Part shown: positions 37,896 to 49,400 of the stretch, one piece after another | How positions within the stretch are numbered: the first letter of the stretch is position 1 | How the letters are laid out: each line of letters starts with the position of its first letter | Source of the DNA: Gammaproteobacteria bacterium | Lineage (GTDB): Bacteria; Pseudomonadota; Gammaproteobacteria; JAJFJF01 | Assembly: GCA_021774255.1 (NCBI GenBank) | Contig: JAJFJF010000012.1 | Coordinates: 30,259 to 94,258 of the forward strand | Reading direction: 5' to 3' | Length of the DNA stretch: 64,000 bases | Translations under genes and position numbers: made by a program | The notes under the pieces: model-generated | Told to the model about the DNA's origin: nothing | Database searches by the model: none | The model's input: only the letters and a program-made list of their open reading frames with translations

Positions 37896-38702
37896 ATGGC
37901 TCCTTTTTTCGCCCGTGTCGTTGTTTTGTTCGCGGCTTTCTCGGCTCTTGAGCAAGTATTAGCAGCTTCATTGCCTAGTGAAGCACTGCCTGGAAGCATC
38001 AACAGCACTGCCACTATCTCGCCAGTACCAAGCGCTGCCCCCTCCCCAACAGAAGGTCCTAGTCCAGGTGCTTCGTCTGAGTCCGAGGAAGCAGGGAGTG
38101 ACTTTAGCGGTAGCCCTGAATTGTTACTTATTTTTTGTGTGCTTGCACTGCTTCTTCCCTGCTTAGTTTCTCTTGTGACTTATAGTTTAAGTTCTCAAAG
38201 AGAAGACGCCTCTGGAAGCCCGATTGAGAGTTATAGCTGCTATGTTTGCTTGAACTATTGGTACCTTGCCTATTTCAGAGGCCTAGAGAATTTCCTAAGT
38301 CTAATGGTAATGCGCTATTTGTCTTATGCACTTGCCCTACTATGCACCATACTGAATTTTATTGCCTTACGTTCCAAAAACAGTGATCTGCTTGTGGGCG
38401 CACTGATTGTTTTTATCCTATGGTTTGGACTCGTTGTTGATGCCGTGCATTACGAAAAACTTGTGGGTACTAACCTGAATTTTCACTATTTTTTGTGCTT
38501 GCTCCCTCTCATTCTGTTTGCATCGGCAAGCGGTTTAGTCGGACATGCTTTTGAACAGGATGAAGATGATAAGCGAAAAGCCTCTGTTATAGGGTTGGCT
38601 TTTGTATTCCTTTTTTTCTTAATCTTCTTTTTATATTTGAGCCACAGTAAAATGCTCCACGAAATACGTACAGGGTGGTGGGGTTACCGTCCCATTAACT
38701 AA
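37896..38702 (+). CDS. hypothetical membrane protein (signal peptide, Ser/Pro-rich acidic linker, ~6 TM helices)
   Basis: The 268-aa protein begins MAPFFARVVVLFAAFSALEQVLA. The linker reads SAAPSPTEGPSPGASSESEEAGSDFSG. Hydrophobic helices follow. I recognise no family. It is inserted between recA and pncC, downstream of the regulon motif. Confidence 0.55.
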   Translation: MAPFFARVVVLFAAFSALEQVLAASLPSEALPGSINSTATISPVPSAAPSPTEGPSPGASSESEEAGSDFSGSPELLLIFCVLALLLPCLVSLVTYSLSSQREDASGSPIESYSCYVCLNYWYLAYFRGLENFLSLMVMRYLSYALALLCTILNFIALRSKNSDLLVGALIVFILWFGLVVDAVHYEKLVGTNLNFHYFLCLLPLILFASASGLVGHAFEQDEDDKRKASVIGLAFVFLFFLIFFLYLSHSKMLHEIRTGWWGYRPIN

Positions 38703-38944
38703 TACTCTCCTCTTCACCGCAGGCAAGCAAAATTCACCCAATCAACAGGCGTTAAGATTATATTTTTTAGTTAAGAAGTGGATTTAAAGACTAAATTTAA
38801 GTCTATGATTTGAATAAAAGTGCAGGTAATAGTGCAATTGGATTGTTAATTCGCAACACAAAAAAAACATTATTTTTAGCTAGAAAAATAACTTTTAAAG
38901 ACATCCCTAAGCCAAAATATAGGTTTTGTCCCTGATAGGTATTT

Positions 38945-39439
38945 TCAGGAAGCGCTGCTAAGCAACTCATCCATCCACACTAAAGCAGCCAATACAGACT
39001 GTTCACGAATGTGCTCACGATCGCCTTTCAAATTTAACTTTTTAGTTTGAACTGTTCCAGCAGGCAGCTTCACCGCGAGCCAAACAAGCCCCACTGGCTT
39101 CTCGGTATTATCGGCATCAGGGCCCGCAATACCGCTCACCGCAACACTCACTTGGGCATGGCTATGTTTCAGCGCGCCTTCGGCCATGGCCACCACCACC
39201 TCTTCGCTCACCGCACCGTGCTTTTCAATGACTGCAGCAGGCACACCCAGCATTTCTTGCTTAGCAAGATTGCTGTACGTCACAAAACCTCGTTCAAACC
39301 AATTAGAACTCCCCGGCACTGCGGTGATCGCTTGCGATACCCACCCGCCTGTACAGGACTCGGCTGTTGCAAGCATCCAGCCCTTTTCTTTAAGACGCTC
39401 CCCGAGTTTTTTGGCGAGTAAATATTCTTCTTTTTCCAT
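38945..39439 (-). CDS. pncC: CinA C-terminal domain protein / NMN amidohydrolase PncC
   Basis: The start was set at MEKEEYLLAKKLGERLKEKGWMLATAESCTGGWVSQAIT, which carries the hallmark ATAESCTGG. With this start the gene does not overlap the upstream ATPase gene. Confidence 0.8.
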   Translation of the reverse strand: MEKEEYLLAKKLGERLKEKGWMLATAESCTGGWVSQAITAVPGSSNWFERGFVTYSNLAKQEMLGVPAAVIEKHGAVSEEVVVAMAEGALKHSHAQVSVAVSGIAGPDADNTEKPVGLVWLAVKLPAGTVQTKKLNLKGDREHIREQSVLAALVWMDELLSSAS

Positions 39440-39464
39440 GTGCGAAAGCTCTTTTATTAAGGCG

Positions 39465-40670
39465 CTAATAAATAAATCCAAAATAAGGCAGAGGGATTGT
39501 TTTATGGCTAGGCAGTAAGATGTCATCTTTTACTAAAAATGCATTTTTCTGCCCTTTAATTTGTGTAGTTGTTTTATTTTTCCCGCCAATCTCGAAAACA
39601 GCATCATCGATCTGGTAATCGCCTGCTTTGCTATGAAGGATCTCAAGGCCCGCCCCCTTAATAGACTGCACAAAAAAGAGCTCTCTAATAGTACCCAAAC
39701 CATCATCCTTGAGTGCATTTGATTGCAATGCATAGTGCAAGTTCGTATTACTTAAGAAAGCTTTCTCTGGTTTTCTCAAACCAACGTTCCCTGTTTCAGC
39801 TGGATACAGAACTTCAACCAACCCGGTTTCATGTAAAATATTTAAGTAATTAGCGGCTGTTTTATCGTCAATGCCCATGTTTTTGCTGATGTTATAGGTG
39901 CTAATTTTGCCCGGTGGTATTGTTGACAAAAATCTTAAGATTTTGCTGAAATAGCGCAAATTAGTTGTTTTTAACTGATAAAAATTTGCAATGTCCTCAT
40001 AAATGGTTTTTTCTACAATACTTAATATTTTCTCATAGTACGACAACGCATCTTCCATAAAAAATGGATAGAAACCTTGTTGTAGATATTGCTTGAAATG
40101 CCCCAACAACTTAGGGAAATTTGAAATATTCTCTCGTGGCATTTTGCCCAAAAGTAATTGAGAAAAATCAACTATTGGGAAATTTTCAGCTTGTGAAAAA
40201 TTGAGATACTCCCTAAATGATAAGCCCGGCAAACGATATAACTTGGCTCGTCGTGATAAATCATAACTACCCTTAATGAGATCCAGGCTAGAACTACCTG
40301 AAAACACTATTTTTAGCGAAGGAAAAGCATCATATAAGTTCTTTAGCTCCTGGTTCCAGTTTTTGTAACGATGGATCTCATCAATAAAAAATAACTCAAT
40401 CCCTTCCGTAAGCACTAAATCTTCAACAAATTGATAAATAGTGACATCATTAAAATAAATATGATCAGCAGAAAAGTAGAAAACTTTACTCCTATCGTCA
40501 CATTTATTTTTTATATACTGCAGTAGCAATGTCGTTTTTCCCACACCTCGTGGACCAACAAGGCCAGTCAGACGATTATTGATATTAAAACTCGAATAGA
40601 GGTAGCGGTAAAAATCACTATCCACTTCATCTAGTAAGCGTTCAAATATCAGTCCTAAAGATTTCTGCAC
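39465..40670 (-). CDS. AAA+ ATPase with DUF4143-like C-terminal domain (second paralog; GTG start)
   Basis: The Walker A motif is GPRGVGKTTL and the Walker B motif is FFIDEIH. The architecture matches 1062..2255. The AT-rich codon usage suggests foreign origin. Confidence 0.7.
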   Translation of the reverse strand: MQKSLGLIFERLLDEVDSDFYRYLYSSFNINNRLTGLVGPRGVGKTTLLLQYIKNKCDDRSKVFYFSADHIYFNDVTIYQFVEDLVLTEGIELFFIDEIHRYKNWNQELKNLYDAFPSLKIVFSGSSSLDLIKGSYDLSRRAKLYRLPGLSFREYLNFSQAENFPIVDFSQLLLGKMPRENISNFPKLLGHFKQYLQQGFYPFFMEDALSYYEKILSIVEKTIYEDIANFYQLKTTNLRYFSKILRFLSTIPPGKISTYNISKNMGIDDKTAANYLNILHETGLVEVLYPAETGNVGLRKPEKAFLSNTNLHYALQSNALKDDGLGTIRELFFVQSIKGAGLEILHSKAGDYQIDDAVFEIGGKNKTTTQIKGQKNAFLVKDDILLPSHKTIPLPYFGFIY

Positions 40671-40671
40671 A

Positions 40672-40721
40672 AGAGTATACTCCGAGAAAATTGCACCATT
40701 TCTCAGAGTATACTCCGAGAA
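40672..40721. promoter_or_regulatory. two direct copies of AGAGTATACTCCGAGAA (palindromic core GAGTATACTC) immediately upstream of the ATPase start
   Basis: This was seen directly (copies at 40672-40688 and 40705-40721). The core is related to the GGAGYATRCTCC palindromes at 2278 and 4192. Confidence 0.4.
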
Positions 40722-40932
40722 TTAAGAATTAGCAACAATTCAACCCTTAAATCTATTATAATCAATGAGTTATTTTTCATATAAAATTGACTCAACTTGA
40801 GCCTATAGATATGAAAAGTCATTCTCTGGCTTCAAAGGCAAAAGTAATCCTGGAGAAGCTAGAAAAAATATCAAGGGTCGAAGATGTAGGCTAAGAATTT
40901 AATCGACTCCTCACCTATGCTAAAGTGCAAAA

Positions 40933-43335
40933 ATGACAAGCGCGACCGCAAATATCGAACAACATACCCCCATGATGCAGCAATATCTGCGCATAAAGGC
41001 AGAGCATCCAGACAAATTGCTGTTTTATCGCATGGGCGATTTCTACGAGTTTTTCTTTGAAGACGCAAAGCGTGCTGTCAAATTGCTCGACATCACCCTC
41101 ACCCATCGTGGCCAATCAGGGGGTGAGCCTATCCCCATGGCCGGCGTGCCCTATCATGCGGTAGAAGGCTATTTGGCCAAGCTTATTCGGCTCGGCGAAT
41201 CCATGGCGATTTGCGAACAAGTGGGCGATCCCGCGCTGGCTAAGGGCCCTGTCGAACGCAAAGTTGTGCGCATTGTCACACCCGGCACCGTCACCGATGA
41301 AGCTTTATTAGAAGAACGACAAGAAAATTTACTCGTGGCCATTAGCGAAGCAAAAGGTCATTTTGGTGTGGCCAGCCTCGACATGGGCAGTGGTCGCTTC
41401 CATGTATCAGAAGTGGATAATCTGGAAAGTGTCAGCAGTGAACTGGCACGTTTACAGCCAGCAGAATGTTTGTTGAATGAAGCCTCTGAGGCCCCCATTG
41501 AAATAACCGCCAGCACACAACGCCGCCCGGCACACACCTTTGACATAGATCATGCCACCCGCTTGCTGACCACACAATTTGGCACACAAGATTTATCGGG
41601 TTTTGGTTGTGAGCATTTGCCACTTGGGATCAGCGCTGCCGGTGCCTTATTGCATTATGCGCAAGAAACACAGCGTACCGCCCTGCCTCATATTCGTGGT
41701 TTACGGGTACAATCTTCTGATGACAGTGTCACGCTTGATGCCACCACGCTGCGTAATTTAGAATTACTCACGAATCTTTCTGGCGGCAAAGAGCACACGC
41801 TGGCTTGGGTGCTCGATCATACCGCGACCCCGATGGGCAGTCGCTTGCTGCGGCGCTGGATTAAACGGCCGTTAAAAGATCACAACACGCTGACTCGCCG
41901 ACACCAAGCGATCCATACATTACTTTCAAAACAGACTTATGAAAATATCACGCCCTTGCTTAAAAGCATCGGCGATATCGAGCGCATTTTAGCCCGCATT
42001 GCCTTGCGCAGCGCCCGCCCACGCGATTTGGTCGGTTTGCGGCAAGCCTTAAGCACCCTGCCTGCACTGCAAAAAATACTAGGCACGTTAGACAATCCTT
42101 TTCTGCAGAAACTGAGTACCCAAATTGGTGAATTTCCCGAGTTATTTGCTCTGCTTGCCCGTGCAATTGAAGCGTCCCCTGCGCAATTGATCCGCGATGG
42201 CGGCGTGATTGCCGATGGGTTTGATGCCACACTCGATGAACTGCGCCAAATCAGTGAACATGCCGGGCAATATTTAATTGATTTTGAGGCCACCGAGCGT
42301 GAGCGCAGCGGCTTGCCCACATTGAAAGTCGGCTTTAACCGTGTGCATGGTTATTATATTGAAATCAGCAAAGCGCAAGCCGGCCAAGCACCTGAGCATT
42401 ACACACGTCGTCAAACGCTCAAAAATGCCGAGCGCTATATTACGCCGGAACTCAAAACCTTTGAAGACAAAGTACTCAGCAGCCGCGAACGCGCGTTAGC
42501 GCGAGAAAAAGCCCTCTATGAAAGCTTATTAGACGATTTACTAAACGTATTACCTGAACTGCAACAATGCGCACATAGCCTGGCGGTGCTGGATGTTTTA
42601 ACAAACCTGGCTGAACGTGCCGACATACTTCATTTTACTTGCCCTACTTTTACCGAGCAGCCTGGCATTCATATCGAGGAAGGTCGCCACCCCGTCATCG
42701 AGCAGGTACAGTCCGCGCCCTTTATTCCAAACGATGTGATACTCAACGAGGCTGATCGCATGCTGATCATCACCGGCCCCAATATGGGCGGTAAATCAAC
42801 GTATATGCGGCAAACCGCGTTGATCACTCTGCTGGCCTATATGGGCAGCTTTGTGCCTGCAAAAGTCGCCCAGTTTGGGCCGATTGATCGGATTTTTACG
42901 CGCGTGGGCGCCGCGGATGATTTAGCCAGCGGCCGCTCGACGTTTATGGTGGAGATGACAGAAACCGCCAACATTCTGCTTAATGCCACGGCACAGAGTT
43001 TGGTGTTATTAGATGAAGTTGGGCGTGGTACCAGCACCTACGATGGCTTGGCGCTTGCCTGGGCGGTCGTCACGCATCTTGCGGAAGAAACAAAAGCCTT
43101 TACGCTCTTTGCTACCCATTATTTTGAACTCACCAGCCTACCTGAATCGATTAAAAACATCAGCAATGTGCATCTTGATGCTGTCGAGCACAATGATGAT
43201 ATTGTCTTCCTGCACAAGGTTAATCCTGGCCCCGCCAGCCGCAGCTATGGCCTACAAGTTGCCAAACGTGCGGGGATTCCTGAAGCTATTATTCAGCAGG
43301 CAAAAGAAAAGTTAAATCAACTAGAACAGCATTAA
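40933..43335 (+). CDS. mutS: DNA mismatch repair protein MutS
   Basis: The 800-aa protein has a mismatch-binding N-terminus ([30 protein letters not shown]). The Walker A motif is GPNMGGKST. The C-terminus is the standard one. Confidence 0.95.
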   Translation: MTSATANIEQHTPMMQQYLRIKAEHPDKLLFYRMGDFYEFFFEDAKRAVKLLDITLTHRGQSGGEPIPMAGVPYHAVEGYLAKLIRLGESMAICEQVGDPALAKGPVERKVVRIVTPGTVTDEALLEERQENLLVAISEAKGHFGVASLDMGSGRFHVSEVDNLESVSSELARLQPAECLLNEASEAPIEITASTQRRPAHTFDIDHATRLLTTQFGTQDLSGFGCEHLPLGISAAGALLHYAQETQRTALPHIRGLRVQSSDDSVTLDATTLRNLELLTNLSGGKEHTLAWVLDHTATPMGSRLLRRWIKRPLKDHNTLTRRHQAIHTLLSKQTYENITPLLKSIGDIERILARIALRSARPRDLVGLRQALSTLPALQKILGTLDNPFLQKLSTQIGEFPELFALLARAIEASPAQLIRDGGVIADGFDATLDELRQISEHAGQYLIDFEATERERSGLPTLKVGFNRVHGYYIEISKAQAGQAPEHYTRRQTLKNAERYITPELKTFEDKVLSSRERALAREKALYESLLDDLLNVLPELQQCAHSLAVLDVLTNLAERADILHFTCPTFTEQPGIHIEEGRHPVIEQVQSAPFIPNDVILNEADRMLIITGPNMGGKSTYMRQTALITLLAYMGSFVPAKVAQFGPIDRIFTRVGAADDLASGRSTFMVEMTETANILLNATAQSLVLLDEVGRGTSTYDGLALAWAVVTHLAEETKAFTLFATHYFELTSLPESIKNISNVHLDAVEHNDDIVFLHKVNPGPASRSYGLQVAKRAGIPEAIIQQAKEKLNQLEQH

Positions 43336-43499
43336 TACGTGGGTAAACTTGTCTAATCCACACAACTCCTTAGGAAGTGCCCTTGAATCGATTCATAGTT
43401 ATTTAAATAACAAAGTATTTGCCGTTTTATTTTTGCGAGAGGATCCTCCGCTTTGTATCGTTACTAGTCACATAGATTGGCTTGTTTAAATGTGCGGCA

Positions 43500-46400
43500 C
43501 TAAAGCGTCGACATTTCAATATCACCCGGCAACGTGCCTGCTCTGGGTTTATCAGCTAACGCTTGCTTCCCAAAGCATCTTCCTTTTAACTGCCATAATT
43601 GCTGGCGCATCGTTGGCAAATCATAAAACAATAACTTGCTCAGAAAAAAGAGGGATGCGGTAAAAGCAACAACGACCTTAATCAACACAAAAGTATTGCT
43701 CCCCTTGCGAGTCAAAAACAATACCCCAATTGTAAATTGCGGCACATCTTCCAGGGAGAAGTTAGCGATTTTCATTTTGGCAAAACGTTGGTCGATGTAT
43801 TCAACACCCCACTCCAAGCGAACCCATTCTGGGCTTAAAATAGGCAAGGTAAGTAACCAGTAAGGACATTCGGATAACGACTTCGGATACCAACGACCAC
43901 GCACAGTCCGCATACCCCACAAACCAATTCCATACGATGCAAATAAAAACAGGGTCGAATAGAGGGCTAGCTGAGCTTCATCATTAGCCAGCAATTCACG
44001 GATCAAAAAGGCGTCTGAGATCCTATCGGCCATCTCCAGCATAAAACCAAATACAGTGACAAGTTGATAGCGCTGCAGGCGAAGTTGAATATGCTCAAGC
44101 TGTGCACCAAACATGTTCAGCAACGAACAAGAGGGCGCGTTCTGAAGCAGTTCTTCATTTGCGTTGCCCAACTGACGTTGCGACAAATACTGGTTCAGTT
44201 GGTTCCAGTAAACATCATTTTGAGGCAAGAGCTCATTATTAGCGAGTTCAACTATCCGCAAGACCGTTTGCCTTTGCAAGGCCCGCATCAGCAAGCGCAC
44301 GCTAGCAACATCAAGCAAATTGTCACTCAAATCCAACTTGGTTAATTGGGCAGGCAAACCAGGCCCTTCGAGCCAACCACGCAAACCCACCACGCTCAGA
44401 CTGTTGCGCGCCAAATTGATTTCAGTTACCACGGTATTGTTAGAAAGTGCTTGTGCTAGCTTTTGAAGCTGTACATCCGTGAGATTTTGTCCGCTCAAAT
44501 CAAGGTGTGTGAACTGCGGTGCATTCTCTTCAATGGCCTGCAAGAACAAGTCAAAACTCGCAGGCCAAACAGCGTAATAAGGGCTCGCTCGTACAAGCAA
44601 CTGTGCATCTACACGCTTGCCTTGCATGATAGCCATATCAATGGCCGTGTAGCCTTTGGGTGAACGCACAAACAGATCTGCACCGTCGCCAACAAATTTT
44701 TGGGCCTCGTAAAAATCACCAAGACAAACAGCCAGCATCGGTGGCGTAAGGCCAGAACAGTTGACTAGATTTATCTCAGTGTGGTCTTTTGCTGCCACAA
44801 GATCATGCTCTGATAACAAACTCAGTGATAAACCCGCTTTCAGTTCTTCATCAATTTGCTGCTGATACTGTTGCTCAATGGCCTCACTGTTTGGAATATA
44901 TTGATTGACGCCCTTGTGACCATTGTTGATTGCTGCTTTTAACGCTACTTCAAATGCGAACAAGGAGTCTTGCACAGACATCTTGGAAACAAGGTACGCC
45001 ACGACCTCCAGGTGCCCACCTTGCGCAGCCCACCATAAAGGCGTGTGGCCTTCAGCATCTTCTGCCATGACAGAAGCGCCCTTCTCTTCAATCTGCCACT
45101 TGACGAGCGAGAGGCTGCCGATTTGCGCGGCAGCATGCAATGGATGAAAGACGGCTTGCTTCTGACGACGACGCCACATGAGCCAGGCAAATCCCAGCGC
45201 GGCTGCACCCGCCGTCACACCAATATAGCTATTGAGCTGCGTCTGGTACAAAGCGGGTGGGATAGGACAAGCATCAACAGGTTTGATCGGTATCATGCTT
45301 GTCTGAAATTGCAAGTAAGGATAGCTATCGCCTTTGGCAATTTGCCATATCTGCTCAAAATCCCAGCCTTGATAAGTGTTGGGCTGGTACATTGCTTGGG
45401 TCTGTCTGCGATAGCGGCGGCGATAGCTGTAATACTGATCGTTCACACCGGGCAAAGACTGCCCCGTCGTCGAGACATCCCAGTAAGACTGGCTCACCAG
45501 CGCAGTATCCAAAAATGAGCCTGTCAGAGCGCCTACACTATTACCTTGCACACAACCTGAAACATAACAATTGCTAAAGCGTCCGCTGTTTTGGCCAATC
45601 AATCCACCGACATTTTGCTCACCTGTTGTGCTCGTGACGGCATAGCTATCAATAAGTTCTCCGCTGTGCACACCAATCAGGCCGCCCGTTTGGCGTACGC
45701 CGATCACGCGTGACTGGGCAAAACACTGAGTGATCTCTCCTAGGTTATGCCCAACCAGTCCACCGGCCGTTTGTGCTGCTGCCACTTCGCCCAGCGCATA
45801 ACTGCTCAAGATATCACCACTATTTCTACCCACTAATCCGCCGGCGGTGTCTTGTGCTGTCACAGAACTGTTACTATGGCTAAATATTAACGTGCCTGAA
45901 TGGTCCGCAATTAAGCCACCCGCTTCTTCAAGAGCCGTGACGTCTGCTTTGCTGTGACAAGACGATACCTCACCTTGGTTCCGAGCAATGAGGCCCGCCA
46001 CTGTGAAATTGCCATTCACCACCGCACTTGCTGAACAATCTGTTACTGTGCCTGTGTTTTCGGCGATGAGGCCTGCAACCGTATCGATACCGTCAACCTG
46101 ACCTGTAAAGTGACTATTGCTCACCTCACCCTGGTTAACACCGAGCAGGCCTGCGCCGATAGCCACCGTCAGACTGACGCTACCGGTCACCTGGCAATGA
46201 GAGACACTTCCTTGATGATAGCCAACCAATCCACCAATGATTTCTTGACCGTGAATATTCACTTCCTCAAGAATAACGTTACGGATCTCCGCCGTGGCTG
46301 CGGTGTAACCAAAAAGACCCAAGCGCGTCTTGTCGGGCTGGTTCATGTAGAGAGAACGAATGCGATAGCCCTGCCCATCAAAAACGCCTGAAAAAGGTTC

Positions 46401-49400
46401 AAAGGTATCGGCATCTTGGTACCAGCCCAAGGGTAAAAAACCTTTCCCATCATTCCAATTTTCTGTCTCCATACAATCAATATCTTGTGAGAGGTAAGCA
46501 GTCGCATTGGGGCAAACGCTTTGTAAGCTGAGACAGTCAGTCACATTAACGACACTTTCAGTCGCTTCAATGGGTGCCAGACGACGCAGCTGGGGATAAC
46601 GTTGGCATCCCAGCCACCACGTATGGATAAAGTCCCAGGTTGCATAGTTAGCTTGCCATTGCATCAGCTGAGTAGAGCGCCCCTGACCACCTGCACTTGC
46701 TGTTTGACCAGAAATATCGACATCCCAGTAGCTATGCGTTGTGGTTGCGCCAGTACTGCTAAACCCAACCAAGCCGCCCAAGTTTTCACTACCTTGAACA
46801 GGGCTTGCTGCGTAACAGGCAATGATTTGGTTTTGGTTCCAGCCCACTAAACCACCCAGCAGGTTCACACCTTGCACATTGACTGAGCTTGCACTATTTC
46901 TAAGCACACCTTCTTGCCAGCCAATCAGGCCGCCTGCAATCGCGTCTGTGGCCGTTACCTGTCCTGTCACATGTGTGTAAGCCACCCTGCCGTTATTCCA
47001 GCCCACTAGGGCACCTGTATAACGCCCACCGTTAACATTCACATTTATGAGAGAAACATTACCGATGACTGTCGTCTGTGCGGTATAGCCAAACAAGCCA
47101 ATGTAGTCTTCATCAGGACGATTAATGGTCAAACCGCTGATTGCGTAACCTTGCCCATCAAAATAACCAGCAAATGGACCGGTTAATGAAGCGTCTTGGA
47201 ACCAACCCAAGGGAAGAAAACCCTTGCCGTTATTCCAATTAGCCGTATCACTACAGTCAATGTCTTGCGTGAGATAAACGCTTACGTCAGCATCAAGGCA
47301 AACTTCCCCCAGCGCCTCACAAGTAGACACCCAGAAAACGTTAGTATTGTTGTCAGGCGCATTGCTCCATACTTGAAGCTGTGGGTAGTTTTGACACGGG
47401 AAACGCCAAACAGTGGCGCTGTCCCATGCCTCATAGTTATTTTGCGCACGCATCACCTGCGATATTCTACCGACACCGCCTGCACTAGTGGTTTGTGCTG
47501 ACGTTTGAATATCCCAGTAAGCATCTTGTACAAAACCGCTGCCCTGGCCAACAAGGCCACCTGCATGCGTGTTTGCCGCAACGTTACCTATCGCGTAGCT
47601 TGCAGAGACGATGCCATCATTCAGCCCCACTAAGCCACCCGCGATATGGTCTGCGCTCACAGGTCCTGTCGCATAAGTATTTTCTAAAATAGTGAGATGG
47701 TGACCCATCAGGCCACCTACTGTCGAATTACCTGATACCGCGCCCGTGGCAAAACTTTGCGTCACGGTCACCCTATTTTTGCCAACAAGCCCACCTACTG
47801 AGTAATTACCTGTTACGTCGCCCGCCGCAAAGCAGCGCTCAAGCGCTATCTCAAATTCATCAAGTTCATAGTCATGAGCACCTATTAGACCACCTACAAA
47901 ATTTTGGCCACTCACGGCACCTAAGGCATAGCAGTCTGTCACGCTGCCGATGTTAAAACCGAGCAACCCGCCAAAATAACGACCACCTGCGCTGATAGCA
48001 CTGACAGCTCCAGTAGCATGAAGATGACGGATACTGACTTTTTCATTAGCACCTATTAGGCCACCTACATACTGTTTACCAAAAACATTACCCTGTGCTG
48101 TGGTATTAATGAGTATGCCGTTATTCCAACCGATCAAACCACCCACATAGCTATCACCTCTTACATCGCCACTAGCCGTCACATTCGTCAAGGAGCCTTG
48201 TCTATTTTCGCCCAAGAAACCACCTACGTAATGGCCTGAGCTTTCCACGTTACCGCTGGCATAGACGTTCCTAAAAACGACATTAGTGCCCATGTTGGAA
48301 CCCAGTAGGCCGCCCACGTAGTTAGCCGAACCCGAGAAGTTACCCGTAGTGTAAATATTGTCGAAAACAACACCATCACCACTGTTGAAGCCTAGCAGAC
48401 CACCAATGTAGTTAGCCGAACCCGAGAGGTTACCCGTAGTATAAATATTGTCGAAAACAACGCTATCAGCACTGTTGAAACCCAGTAGGCCACCAACGTA
48501 ATTAGTCGAACCTGACACGTCAGCGCTAGCATAGATATTACTAAAAATAAAACCATCAATGTTATTAGAGCCGAGCAAACCGCCAACAGCACTTGAGCCC
48601 ATCACACTACCTGTAACACTAACGTTCTCAAAAGTTCCAGTGTTAAAGCCTAACAGACCACCAACATGATCGCCTAAGGCCTCCACGCTGGCAGAAACAT
48701 AGGCATTGCTGAGAAAGCCCGTGTTATAGCCCAGCAAACCAGCAACGTAGTTGCCTGAACTTACCACGCTGCCGCTGGAATAGGCGTTAGTCAGAAAACC
48801 GGAATTGTACCCTAACAGACCACCAACGTAGTCAGCTGAGCCTATCACGCAAGCTGTAGCAGTGACGTTATTGAGAGTGCCAGAGTTGCTGCCTACTAGG
48901 CCACCGATGCGTTCTGAGCCTGCAATATTGCCACTCACATAAACGTTGCTAAGGGTGCCACCGTAATTGTAGCCCGCCAGGCCGCCAACGTATCTGCCTG
49001 AAGCCGTCACATTGCCACTAACAGTGACGTTGTTGATGGGGGCCAGGTTATTATAACCGACCAGACCACCAATGTAGTCGCCTGAGCCCGTTACGTTACT
49101 CCTAACATAGACATTACTGATAGTGCCGGAGCTCTTGCCGACCAGACTACCCACATATTCATTACCTGATACACTTCCGTCTAGTAAAGTGACAGCATCT
49201 ACTTGCGCCAAAGCGCCGATACTGACAAATAATCCCAGATAAGATATTGTTGTGCGATCAATAACTAGCCCTGAAATGCTATAGCCCTGCCCCAAAAAAG
49301 CGCCAGTGATAGCAAGCCCTGTGCCAGGTAAAAACCCCGCACCACCGTTCCAGTTCGCCGTATCGACACAATCAATATCCTGGCCAAGGATAATAGTGCC

